Assembly (NCBI GenBank): GCA_031409655.1 | Contig: JANNXQ010000062.1 | Coordinates: 1-34,624, forward strand | DNA: 34,624 nt | From: Chthoniobacteraceae bacterium | GTDB taxonomy: Bacteria > Verrucomicrobiota > Verrucomicrobiia > Chthoniobacterales > Chthoniobacteraceae | Direction of reading: 5' to 3' | In this document: in pieces, positions 1-8,932 of the stretch | How positions within the stretch are numbered: the first letter of the stretch is position 1 | Layout of the letters: every line of letters begins with the position of its first letter | The notes under the pieces: model-generated | The model's database searches: none | Told to the model about the DNA's origin: nothing | What the model saw: the letters and a program-made list of their open reading frames with translations, nothing else | Program-made: the position numbers and the translations under genes

Positions 1-100
1 CCCGGTTGTCCGGCAGCGCGGCAATGACGCGGTCGAGCATTTGCCCCGCCGGCGCCCCCCAGTGCAGCTTAGGATTCCAAGGTTGGGTAGGGGGGAACAT
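1..100 (-). CDS. 5' part of a gene running off the left edge (MFPPTQPWNPKLHWGAPAGQMLDRVIAALPDNR...), possibly a nucleotidyltransferase-like protein
   Basis: Manual translation: ATG at 98-100, frame open to the edge, overlapping the end of the 73-aa ORF. Function is a weak resemblance only. Confidence 0.35.
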   Translation of the reverse strand, partial: MFPPTQPWNPKLHWGAPAGQMLDRVIAALPDNR

Positions 101-290
101 AAAGGCCGCGCCTCCGTTTCTCGACGCGAATGTTGGCCAGCGCCTGGTCAATCAACCGGTCCTCGACGCCCCGGTCTGCACCAAAGCGCCGCGCCAGCCG
201 GATGTCCCGGGCCGTCAGCTTCCCCGCCTCGGCCCGCAGCAGAATCCGCGCGCCGATTCGGGACTTCACCCAACAGAGGTCACGCAACAT
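69..290 (-). CDS. Small basic hypothetical protein (73 aa, MLRDLCWVKSRIGARILLRAEAG...)
   Basis: ATG at 288-290, TAA at 69-71. It is the non-overlapping tail of the 69..1820 shadow ORF and is divergent from thrC. Confidence 0.5.
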   Translation of the reverse strand: MLRDLCWVKSRIGARILLRAEAGKLTARDIRLARRFGADRGVEDRLIDQALANIRVEKRRRGLYVPPYPTLES

Positions 291-359
291 ACGGGCGCAC
301 AATGTCGCTGGCGGCAGGGTTTTTCCAGCCTCAAGTTCGCCGGATAGATTCCCACTGAG

Positions 360-1721
360 ATGAGCCAACTCCTTTTCCGCTCCACCAACGGCCAGTCTCC
401 CGCCGTCAACCTGCGTGAAGCCTTCCTCGCTGGGCAGGCGCCCGACCGCGGCCTGTATCTGCCCGAGCGCTTCCCACAGCTTTCGCGTGAGGAAATCGCC
501 GAATTCGCCGAGCTGCCTTATCGCGAGGTCGCTTTCCGCGTGCTGCGCAAGTTCACCGAAGGCGTCATCCCCGACGACGCCCTCGCCGCGATGTGCAACT
601 CCGCCTACGACTTCGGCGTCCCGCTCGAAGTCATCCAACGCGGCGTGTATCTGATGCGGCTGGACCAAGGCCCCACGGCGTCCTTCAAGGACTTCGCCGC
701 GCAGATGATGGCGCAGATGTTTGGACGCTTTCTTCAGGAGAACCACGGCGAAGTCACCATTCTCACCGCCACCAGCGGCGACACTGGTGCGGCCGTCGCG
801 CACGCCTTCCACGAGATTCCCGGTGTCCGCGTAATCGTGCTGTTCCCCATTGCCGAGGTCAGCGAGAGCCAGCGCAAGCTCATGACCACGCTCAAGGAAA
901 ACGTCCGCACCGTGGCCGTGGACGGCAAGTTCGACGACTGCCAGGCGATGGTGAAGCGCGCCTTCACCGACCCCGCGCTCGAGCACATCCACCTCTCCTC
1001 GGCCAACTCCATCAACATCGGCCGGCTCCTGCCTCAGAGCGTTTACTACTTCTATGCTGCCTCGCGCCTCGCGCAGCCGGGTGAGCCGATGGTCTTCAGC
1101 ATCCCGAGCGGCAACTTCGGCGACATGATGGGCGCGGTCGTCGCGCGCGAGATGGGCTTGCCCGTGCGGAAAATTGTGGCCTCGGTCAATGACAACGACT
1201 CCTTCCCGCGCTACCTCGCCAGCGGCAGCTACGAAAAGGTTGTCCCCTCGCGCAACTCCGTTTCCAACGCGATGAACGTGGGCCACCCGAGCAACCTCGC
1301 CCGGCTCGTCGCGGTCTATGGCGGCCAGATGGACGAGACCGGCAAGCTTCACCGGCAGCCCGACCTCGTCGCCATGCGCCGCGATGTCTTCTCCAGCTCC
1401 ATCACCGACGAGCGCACGCGCACGTCGCTGCGGGAGTTCTGGAACAAGTATCAAATCCTCCTCGAACCGCATGGCGTCGTTGCGTGGCAGGGCTTCCTCG
1501 ATTGGAACGCCGTCGAGCCGCTGGGCAACTCGCCCGCCGTCATCGTCGAGACCGCGAACCCAGCGAAGTTCCCGGAAGAAGTGGAGAAAGTCGTGGGCTG
1601 GGCACCCGACGTGCCCGCCGCGATGACCGCCGGCATCGCCCTCCCCGAGGACTACGACCGCATGGGCGCAGACTACGAACAGTTCCGCACCTACCTGATT
1701 GCAGCGCACGCCGCAGCCTGA
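360..1721 (+). CDS. thrC: Threonine synthase
   Basis: Motifs GxAPDxGLY, GPTASFKD (PLP lysine), TATSGDTG, SANSINIGR, PSGNFG, SNAMNVGHPSN. Confidence 0.95.
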   Translation: MSQLLFRSTNGQSPAVNLREAFLAGQAPDRGLYLPERFPQLSREEIAEFAELPYREVAFRVLRKFTEGVIPDDALAAMCNSAYDFGVPLEVIQRGVYLMRLDQGPTASFKDFAAQMMAQMFGRFLQENHGEVTILTATSGDTGAAVAHAFHEIPGVRVIVLFPIAEVSESQRKLMTTLKENVRTVAVDGKFDDCQAMVKRAFTDPALEHIHLSSANSINIGRLLPQSVYYFYAASRLAQPGEPMVFSIPSGNFGDMMGAVVAREMGLPVRKIVASVNDNDSFPRYLASGSYEKVVPSRNSVSNAMNVGHPSNLARLVAVYGGQMDETGKLHRQPDLVAMRRDVFSSSITDERTRTSLREFWNKYQILLEPHGVVAWQGFLDWNAVEPLGNSPAVIVETANPAKFPEEVEKVVGWAPDVPAAMTAGIALPEDYDRMGADYEQFRTYLIAAHAAA

Positions 1722-1816
1722 ATAGAGGGCTTCCCAGCGCGCGCCACTGCTGCGAGGAAGTCGAAATTTTAACCGCAGATGAACAGGGTTGGCACTGACC
1801 CCGGCGCGTTTCCGCC

Positions 1817-2470
1817 TCACTTTCGCTCATTCAATGCCGGCAGCGCGTTCACGATCTTCATCGTTTCCAGGCTTACGCGGACGAGGCGTTTGAGGAGATC
1901 GAGGATGTAGCGGGGTTGATTGTGCTCGCGCGCCCAATCGTTCGGGTCGTTGCGGAGGCCGCTGTCTTTGTCCACGGTGATCTGGTAGCGCTCCATGATC
2001 CATTCGAGGGCGGGCTTGCCGTTCACCACGTAATCGTAGGCTTCGAGCGGAATGCCGGTGAGCGTGATGCGCGCGTTGTAATGGATGGTCGTCTTGTCCA
2101 CCTGCTTGTCCTTCCGGCCAAAGGTCATCTTCTGCACGAGGAAATTCTCCACCGACGGGAGCGCCGAGCATTGCTCGGCCAGAGCCGCGTCTTGCGCCAA
2201 AGCCGAGCGATGCTCGGCGCTCCGGCCCAGCGGGAGTTCGCTGGCGAATTCCTGCACGGGCCACGGCTCGACGGTTTCGTAGTTCAGATGCCATTGCGCG
2301 AGGTCGCGGCCCGCCTGGCTGAAGCGCCAGAAGTCCGCCGTCTCCCGCGTGAAGGGCAGGCGCGGCAGCATCTTCTTCAAGTCGCTGGCGAAGCGCGTGC
2401 GATACTCCGGCGAATGCAGCACGCCATACACGTAGTAAAAGATGTCCTCCTTCCTTCGCTGCAGGGCCAC
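1817..2470 (-). pseudogene. C-terminal fragment of a Type ISP (LlaBIII/LlaGI-like) restriction-modification enzyme
   Basis: KEDIFYYVYGVLHSPEYRTRFASDLKKMLPR, HLNYETVEP, YVVNGKPALEWIMERYQ and SGLRNDPNDWA are characteristic of the Type ISP C-terminus. Only 217 aa, with no helicase or methyltransferase domain. Confidence 0.85.
2158..2223. repeat. Paired REP-like palindromes forming an inverted repeat inside the Type ISP fragment
   Basis: GGAGCGCCGAGCATTGCTCGGC (2158-2179) and GCCGAGCGATGCTCGGCGCTCC (2202-2223) are 21/22 reverse-complementary, and each arm is itself a hairpin. Confidence 0.85.
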
Positions 2471-3652
2471 TCAGTTCGCAGTCGCGAACAATGCGGCATC
2501 CGCCTGTGATTTCCAATCGCTGTCCAGCACGAGCCGGAAGCGCATCGGGCGGGGCGCGTCGCCCAAAAGAAACTCGCCGACGGGAACACCGCCGTCGCGG
2601 TGTCGTTCCAGCGTCTCGAAGAGCTTCCGCTTGTAGGCGGTGTCCTCGTTCATGAGGTGCAAGCCCTTCGTCTCCACCACGACCAGCTTGCACGGTTTGC
2701 CCTTCGTTTCTTCCAGCGCGACGAGGAAGTCCGGGAAGACCTTTTTCTTCTTCCAGCCGTCGAGATACCAGTCGGCCTGCACGGCGATGCGATGCCACCA
2801 GCGCACGGCAGGCACACCATCGAGATACAGCGCGACGGGCTCCTTGAGTTTGTTGAAGTGTTTGCTCCACACCTGCTCGAATGGCGATTTCTCCACCGGC
2901 TGCCCATTCGGCCTATGCAATGGATGGTCCGGCGGTTTCGTCACCTCGAAGGCCAGCTTCTCCACCAACTCCCAGCTCAGCCCTTTGCCTTCCAGCCGGA
3001 ATGACAGCCAGCCCTCCGCGAGCAGGTCGCAGAAAATCCGCTCCGTCTGCACATGGATGTCGGCCAGCAGGTCGGCGCGCATTTTCTCGATGAGCCGGTA
3101 GCGGCTGGCGAGCAACTGGTCTTCGGTGAAGTCCCGGGCCCGCAGCGCCGCCAGGGCGCCGCGCAGGATGCGTGCGGCCTGCCACGGATTCGGAATCACG
3201 TCACACAGCAGCCGCACCAGCGCGGGGAAATCGAGGTCTGGCTTGCCACCCGCTTCCGCAACGCCGAGCGGCTTCTTTGGGTCGGGGCCGAGTTGGTCCA
3301 CATCCACGGCGACGCGCGTGGGGGCCAGCGAAGAAGCATCGTCCGGGGAAAACTCCGACGCCTTCGACCAATCCAGTGCTTCCCAATCCACCTGCGGGAA
3401 AAGGTCGCTCTCGTAATCGAACAACCGCCAGCCGTCGCCTTCGCGGGCGAGGATGCGCGGGAGAAAGATGCGCCGACGAAACGCCGCTCGCCGCTCTGCT
3501 TCCACCGTCACCACGTTGGCGCCCATCGAGGTCGTGCCCGCCGCGCGCACCAGTTTGCCGAAGTCGTCCATGCCCTCGCTGGAGAGGCCTTCGCGCACTT
3601 TGGCGACGGCATCCGCCACGTTCTGACGGTGGACGAAGACATGGCTCTGATA
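2471..3652 (-). pseudogene. C-terminal part of a Type III restriction enzyme Res-like subunit, 5'-truncated at IS630
   Basis: Endonuclease motif VRWWHRI...FPDFLV...VVETKG (PD-(D/E)xK). The frame stays open to the IS end (QSHVFVHRQNVADAV) and helicase motifs are absent. Confidence 0.75.
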
Positions 3653-4847
3653 CCATCTTTCACAAATAAAGGGACATGTGGATGGAGATCGGGCGGAGGA
3701 GTGGGATGGCCGGAATAAAGCTCAAACTTGGAATGCCTGAAGTCGCCGCGCGCATCGACGAGATGCACGCGCGGGAACCGGACGGATGGGGCAAGACCCG
3801 GCTGCTGGCGGTGAAGCTTGCGGCCCGCGGGGAATCGACCTCGGCGCAGATCGCCGAGGTCTGCGGGATCGCGCGGGGGCATGTGTTTGTCTGGCTGAAG
3901 ATCGTGCGCCAGCGGGGGCTCGACGCGCTCTTGGAACGCGGCAAGCCCGGGCCGAAGGAGGGCGTGGGCCGGGGCGTGAAGCCGAAGGTCATCGCGGCCT
4001 TGCGGGCGAAGCTGGAGGCCAACGAGTTCACCACGGCCGAGCAGGCGCGGCGCTGGCTCAAGAAGCAGCACAAGGTGGAGCGGCCTTACCTCAGCGTCTG
4101 GCGATGGTTAAAAAAATTCGGCGGAGTGCTGCGAGTGCCGCGTCCCAGTCACTCCAAGAAAGAGCCGGGAGCGGAACAGGAGTTCAAAGAGGCGCTGGGC
4201 GAAAAGCTCGAGGCCCTCGGTCTTGAGGCCGGGAGCCAGGTGCAGGTGTGGATGATGGATGAGGCGCGCTTTGGCCTGCACACGGAGCTGCGGCGGGTGT
4301 GGACGCGGCGCGGCCAGCGCCGCTGCTCGCCCGCCCACCGACCCCCGCTATTCCCCTCCTCCTCCTCCTCGGTGGTGGCCCGGCAGATCAAGTACGAGTG
4401 GGACTATCTCTACGGGGCGCTCTCGGTGATCGGCGGAGAGGCGCACTTTGCCCGCGTGCCGGGCGTGAGCCTGACTGGGACGAGGGCTACCTGCGCGACC
4501 TCGCGGCGAACGCCGCCGCAGCCGTCCATGTGCTCATCCGGGACCAGGCCGGCTTCCACCTCCGCGACGACGATGCCCGGCTGCCGGCACGGGTGCGGAT
4601 CATCGACCTCCCGCCCTACTCGCCCGAGTTGAACCCCTGCGAACAGCTCTGGGACATCGTCAAGGACGACCTCGCCAACCGGATTCACGCCACCGTCGCC
4701 ACGCTGCGCGCCGGGATGAAGGCCACCTTGCGGAGATTTTGGGACGATCCAGGAACGGTCCTCAGCTTGATCGGCCGGGACTGGTTGCAGGTTCAACTAA
4801 ACGCTTCGCCAAAAACACAGGTGTCGTCTTAATTTAGAAATATAGTA
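3651..4847 (+). mobile_element. IS630-family insertion sequence (degenerate), about 1.2 kb
   Basis: TA at both ends (3651-3652, 4846-4847). Imperfect terminal IRs: TACCATCTTTCACAAATAA vs revcomp right end TACTATATTTCTAAATTAA (14/19). Confidence 0.85.
3706..4832 (+). pseudogene. IS630 DDE transposase with a frameshift near 4473 and a 48-nt in-frame insertion
   Basis: N-terminal HTH, then MDEARFG, DQAGFH and LPPYSPELNPCEQLW (DDE triad) split over two frames. GGAGGAG upstream of ATG 3706. Confidence 0.9.
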
Positions 4848-5007
4848 TTACTACTATCAGCGCGATGCCCGCCTCGGCACCGGATGGCGCAAGACCGGTG
4901 ACCCGCACACCGATGTGAGTAACACCGAGATTCCCGGCGGAAACGCCGTGGGCATCATGCGTCGCAGCGCCCCCTTTAACTGGAAGATCCCAATCCACCC
5001 GCTCTAA
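4846..5007 (+). pseudogene. 3' remnant of a gene truncated at the IS630 right end (YYYYQRDARLGTGWRKTGDPHTDVSNTEIPGGNAVGIMRRSAPFNWKIPIHPL*), reminiscent of verrucomicrobial TIGR02597-type C-termini
   Basis: Manual translation: open frame from the IS boundary to TAA 5005-5007 with host-like codons. Family resemblance is from memory only. Confidence 0.45.
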
Positions 5008-5036
5008 GTGGTAACGTAAGGACTTACAAAGAGAAG

Positions 5037-5678
5037 TTATTCACCGGACTGGAGCGGGAGCGCGATCGCGAGTTGGCGGATGAGAATGGCGGGCACGATT
5101 TGCGCGATGCCTTCGACGCGGCACTCCACGTTCGCTTCGCGCTCGAGGCTCGTCATTTCCACGCCTGCGATGCCGCAGGGCGTGATGTGGCTGTAGGGTG
5201 CGAGATCGCCGCAGACATTCAGGGCGAAGCCGTGCATCGCCACCCAGCGCCGCACCCCGACACCGATCGAGGCGATCTTCCGCTCGCCGATCCACGCACC
5301 GGTGAGGCCTTCGCGCCGGCTCGCGTTGACTCCCTGCGTCGCACACAGCTCGATGAGCGTCTCCTCGATCATCCGCAGATACCGGTGCAGATCCTGCCCG
5401 CGACGGCGCAGGTCGATGAGCGGGTAGCCGACCAATTGTCCGGGACCGTGATACGTGGCCTGACCGCCGCGATTCGTTTTCACGACGGGGTGGGGGAGCC
5501 GTAGTTCGTCGCCGAGGCTCGTCTGGTCGGGCGTTCGGCCGATGGTGTAAATGGGTTCGTGTTCGAGCAGCAGGAGTTCGTCGGCGGCGTCGGGCGCCGC
5601 AATTTTCCGGGTGACGATTTCCTCCTGCAATGCGAGCGCCGCAGGGTAGTCCACGCGGCCGAGCCAGCGCGTGATCAT
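5037..5678 (-). CDS. lipB: Lipoyl(octanoyl) transferase
   Basis: LLEHEPIYTIG, RGGQATYHGPGQLVGY, KIASIG, HGFALN, ITPCGI. Confidence 0.95.
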   Translation of the reverse strand: MITRWLGRVDYPAALALQEEIVTRKIAAPDAADELLLLEHEPIYTIGRTPDQTSLGDELRLPHPVVKTNRGGQATYHGPGQLVGYPLIDLRRRGQDLHRYLRMIEETLIELCATQGVNASRREGLTGAWIGERKIASIGVGVRRWVAMHGFALNVCGDLAPYSHITPCGIAGVEMTSLEREANVECRVEGIAQIVPAILIRQLAIALPLQSGE

Positions 5679-6178
5679 ATCCGCTGCAGCTCGGCGATGC
5701 CGCGGCTCGCCGTCTCCGCGACTTGGAAATGGGTGAGGCCGATGGCGAGCGCGTCCGCGGCATCCGACGACGGCGTCTCCGTGAGCCCGAGCAGCGCCCG
5801 GATCATGAAGCTCACCTGCTCCTTCTGCGCGCCGCCGCGACCCACGACGGCCTGCTTCACGCGACGCGGCGCGTATTCATACACGGCGAGTCCGCGTCCC
5901 GCCGCCGCGAGCAAGGCGGCACCGCGCGCGGCTCCCAGGGTGATGGCGGTGCGGTAGCTTTGCACAAAGATGACCGCTTCAAATGCCGCGCACTCCGGCT
6001 GATGCGCCGCGATCAATTCCACCACGCGTTCGTGGATCGTGACCAGGCAACCCGACGGCAGCAGCGTGGGCTTGTTTTTGATCGTCCCGTAATCGAGCGC
6101 CTGCACTTTGCTGCCGATCTTCTCGAGGATCGCGTAGCCGGTGCCGCGGAGGGAGGGGTCGATGGCGAGGACTCGCAT
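5675..6178 (-). CDS. ruvC: Holliday junction resolvase RuvC
   Basis: IDPSLRGTGY, LGAARG, VKQAVVGRGGAQKEQV, DAADALAI. ATGA overlap with lipB. Confidence 0.95.
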   Translation of the reverse strand: MRVLAIDPSLRGTGYAILEKIGSKVQALDYGTIKNKPTLLPSGCLVTIHERVVELIAAHQPECAAFEAVIFVQSYRTAITLGAARGAALLAAAGRGLAVYEYAPRRVKQAVVGRGGAQKEQVSFMIRALLGLTETPSSDAADALAIGLTHFQVAETASRGIAELQRI

Positions 6179-6253
6179 GTTTTGCCAAGGTAGCGGGCCA
6201 GCGGCGGGAGCGTGAGGGAAAAGCGCGCCGACTCCGCATCCGCGGCGGAGTGA

Positions 6254-7426
6254 TTACTTCCAGACTCGCGGGAGGACGTGGATGCCGTAGGCGATCAGCC
6301 CGATGATGAGGATCGCGAAGATCACGTAGAGCATGCGCGTCGCCAGTTCGGCCTTCTTCAGCCGGCGCAGTTCCGAGTAGCGCTCGTCGAGTTCGACTTT
6401 CTGGCGTTCGAGCACGCCGCGCAGGACTTCGTTCACCTGCTGCAAGCCGGTGGCGGAGCCCACCTCCAGCTGGCGCACGGCTTCGTCTCTGGTGGCGCGC
6501 ATCGCTTCGAATTGCGTCAGCCATTCCTTGCCGGCTTCCGTCTGCTTCGCGAGCTCGCTCTTGGCCTCCGCGAGTTCCGTCTCCAGGCGTTTGCGTTCCG
6601 CGTCGCGGCTTTCGACTCGCGCCCGGAGATCGAGCAGCACGCGTCCAGACTCCGTCTGCGAAAATTCCCGGCGCATCGTCTCGCTTTCCTTCGCCAGCGT
6701 GCTCGTCCGCTGTTCCGCGGCGGCGAGTTTTTCCCGGGTGTCGCTCAGTTCTTTGCCCCGCGCCTCCGCCCGAGCGACTGCCTGCTCATTGACCGCGAGC
6801 TTCGCGCGCGCGTCGTCGTAGTTGTGCCTGTGCAGATCGCTCTCGTCCTGCAGCCGGGAGATCTCGGCCTTGGCGTCACTCTGCTCCCGCTCGAGCACCG
6901 TCACCCGCACCCGCACGGCTGCCAATTCCTTCTCCCGCGCCGCGACATCCACGCCCAGCGCCTTGGCCTTTTCCCGGGAGAGTTCGAGATCCTCCTCCGT
7001 CTGCTTGCGCCTTGCCGAGTGCTCGGTCGCTTCGGCCTCGAGCATCGCGAGGCTCTGGGCGAGTTGGGCGATCTCCGTCTTCGCCTGTTTCAGCTCCATG
7101 CCGCTCGGCCCTGCTTCCGCCCGGAGTCGGTTGCGTTCCGCGGTGATTGCCCGCGTCGATTCCGGGGCGGGAGTCGGCATCTTCCCTTCCGGGATTCCCC
7201 CGTGGAGCCGTTCGCCGCTGCCCCGGCGCTCCGCGACCGGCCCCGCCGCCCGGGCCACATATTCGCGGTCCATCATCGAGCCGATCGCCGGGACGATGAG
7301 ACTCTGCTGACATCCGGCGCACTGCGTCTCCACCCCGGCGCCGGACGCATCTACCACGAAACGCTGCCCGCAATGCGGACAGGAAAAACGAATGTCTTGT
7401 CTCCCGGCGGTCTTTCCTTGGCTCAC
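6254..7426 (-). CDS. Zn-ribbon + long coiled-coil protein with C-terminal transmembrane anchor
   Basis: N-terminal CPHC...CAGC, about 270 aa E/K/R/A-rich heptad region, C-terminal hydrophobic MLYVIFAILIIGLIAYGIHVL. Confidence 0.75.
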   Translation of the reverse strand: MSQGKTAGRQDIRFSCPHCGQRFVVDASGAGVETQCAGCQQSLIVPAIGSMMDREYVARAAGPVAERRGSGERLHGGIPEGKMPTPAPESTRAITAERNRLRAEAGPSGMELKQAKTEIAQLAQSLAMLEAEATEHSARRKQTEEDLELSREKAKALGVDVAAREKELAAVRVRVTVLEREQSDAKAEISRLQDESDLHRHNYDDARAKLAVNEQAVARAEARGKELSDTREKLAAAEQRTSTLAKESETMRREFSQTESGRVLLDLRARVESRDAERKRLETELAEAKSELAKQTEAGKEWLTQFEAMRATRDEAVRQLEVGSATGLQQVNEVLRGVLERQKVELDERYSELRRLKKAELATRMLYVIFAILIIGLIAYGIHVLPRVWK

Positions 7427-7505
7427 GAAGCGGACGTTTTAGACGCTGCGCTTTGGAGGGTCAAAGTAGTTTTCCCTCCGTCTTCCCTGAGCACTCGTAA
7501 GCTTA

Positions 7506-7976
7506 TCAAAATTGTTGCGGATGCGCGTCCTGCCAGGCCCGGCGGGCAGATTCAAAGATCACGCGCACGGTCTGCCCGCTGGCTTCCGCGGCGGCGCGCA
7601 CGGACTCGTACTCCGGCGCCACCTGCACCACCCGATCGCCCTTCAGCCCGAGCTTCACCGCGATCTCGCCGAAAGCAGTCGTCACCGTCTCGATCCGCCG
7701 CGCAAGCTTCACGCGTTCGATCTTTTCCACGCGCACCCCGAAGGCGCTCGTCTCCGTCAGCACCAGATCGATGAGCCGCTGGCGCGTGTTTTCCTCGGAG
7801 AGCACCGAGAGCATCGTGCCGGGTCGATGTTTCTTCATCTGGATCGGTGTGAACCACACGTCCAGCGCGCCCGCAGCGAGCAGGCGTTCCATCGCGGACC
7901 CGAGGACTTCCGCGGAGCAATCGTCGAGATTTGTCTCCAGCCGATAGACCACGTCCGTCTCGTAGCCGTCGGGCAT
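7506..7976 (-). CDS. larC2: Nickel pincer cofactor insertase LarC, C-terminal part (LarC2)
   Basis: LETNLDD, GALDVWFTPIQMKKHRPG, ETSAFGVR, PEYE. Confidence 0.9.
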   Translation of the reverse strand: MPDGYETDVVYRLETNLDDCSAEVLGSAMERLLAAGALDVWFTPIQMKKHRPGTMLSVLSEENTRQRLIDLVLTETSAFGVRVEKIERVKLARRIETVTTAFGEIAVKLGLKGDRVVQVAPEYESVRAAAEASGQTVRVIFESARRAWQDAHPQQF

Positions 7977-7981
7977 CGCGT

Positions 7982-8932
7982 CTAGTCTGGGGCGAGCGTG
8001 CCGAGCACGGCGCGCAGCACATTGGGCCGGTTGGCGAGATCGCGGGCACCGACTCCGTAGCCAATCCTCTCCACCTTCAGCGCCGGCATGAGGCCAAAGG
8101 ACGCGCCAAACTCCGCCACGATCGCCGCCCCCGTGGGCGTGATGAGTTCGTGCGGTTCATCGATCTGCCCGAGCGCGATGCCGTGCAAAATCTCCAGCGT
8201 CGCCGGCGCGGGGACGGGGAAAGTGCCGTGCGCACATTCCACCGTGCCGTGGCCGTCTTGCAGCTTGGAGACATAGACCTTCCCGACGCCCAGCGCTTCG
8301 AGCCCCGCGCAGACCATCACGATGTCCGCGATGGAGTCGAGCGCGCCCACTTCATGAAAACCCACGTCCTCCACTTTCACCCCGTGGATCTTCGCCTCGG
8401 CGACGGCGATGCGGTGAAAAATTCCGAGCGCATGTTTCTTCACAAAGGCGGAAAGCTCGCTGTGCTCGATCAGTTCCCGGATCTCCCGATGGTTGCGGCC
8501 ATGTGTGTGGTCAGGCGCGTGCCCGTGGGCGACTTCGTGGCCGTGGCCGTGATCGTCATGATGCCCGTGCTCATGCTCGTGAGCGTGCTCCTCATGTTGG
8601 TGTCCATGGTCATGGCCGTGAGAGCAATGCTCCCCATGGACGTGCGGCTCGTGGCTGTGGCCGTGCTCGGATTCAGGCCCGTGGGCATGAGAGTGCCCGT
8701 GCTCCTGCGGGGCGTCCTGATCGTGCGTATGCGTCGTCCCTTCATGGATGGTGAAACGGACGCCTTCGATCTCCTTCCGTTTCGCGCGCTCAAAGTGCAT
8801 GTGAAAGTCGCCGATCGCGAGCTTCGAAAGCTCCCACTCGAGCGTCGAAGGTTTCACCCCGAGATCGACGAGCGCGCCGACCGTCATGTCGCCGCTAATG
8901 CCAGAGATGCAGTCGAGGTAGAGAGATTTCAT
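7982..8932 (-). CDS. larC1: Nickel pincer cofactor insertase LarC, N-terminal part (LarC1) with long His-rich insert
   Basis: YLDCISGISGDM, FHEVGALDSIADI, CAHGTFPVPAPAT, TPTGAA, GYGVG...PNVLR. Confidence 0.9.
   Translation of the reverse strand: MKSLYLDCISGISGDMTVGALVDLGVKPSTLEWELSKLAIGDFHMHFERAKRKEIEGVRFTIHEGTTHTHDQDAPQEHGHSHAHGPESEHGHSHEPHVHGEHCSHGHDHGHQHEEHAHEHEHGHHDDHGHGHEVAHGHAPDHTHGRNHREIRELIEHSELSAFVKKHALGIFHRIAVAEAKIHGVKVEDVGFHEVGALDSIADIVMVCAGLEALGVGKVYVSKLQDGHGTVECAHGTFPVPAPATLEILHGIALGQIDEPHELITPTGAAIVAEFGASFGLMPALKVERIGYGVGARDLANRPNVLRAVLGTLAPD

Noticed and set aside
69..1820. 583-aa minus-strand ORF
   Set aside because: Antisense shadow of thrC; only 69-290 is plausibly real
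4109..4116. A-run as a programmed IS630 frameshift site
   Set aside because: The frame reads through correctly (WLKKFGG..VPRP); the actual break is near 4473
5017..5028. GTAAGGACTTAC mini-palindrome as an att site
   Set aside because: Too short; no integrase or second copy in the window
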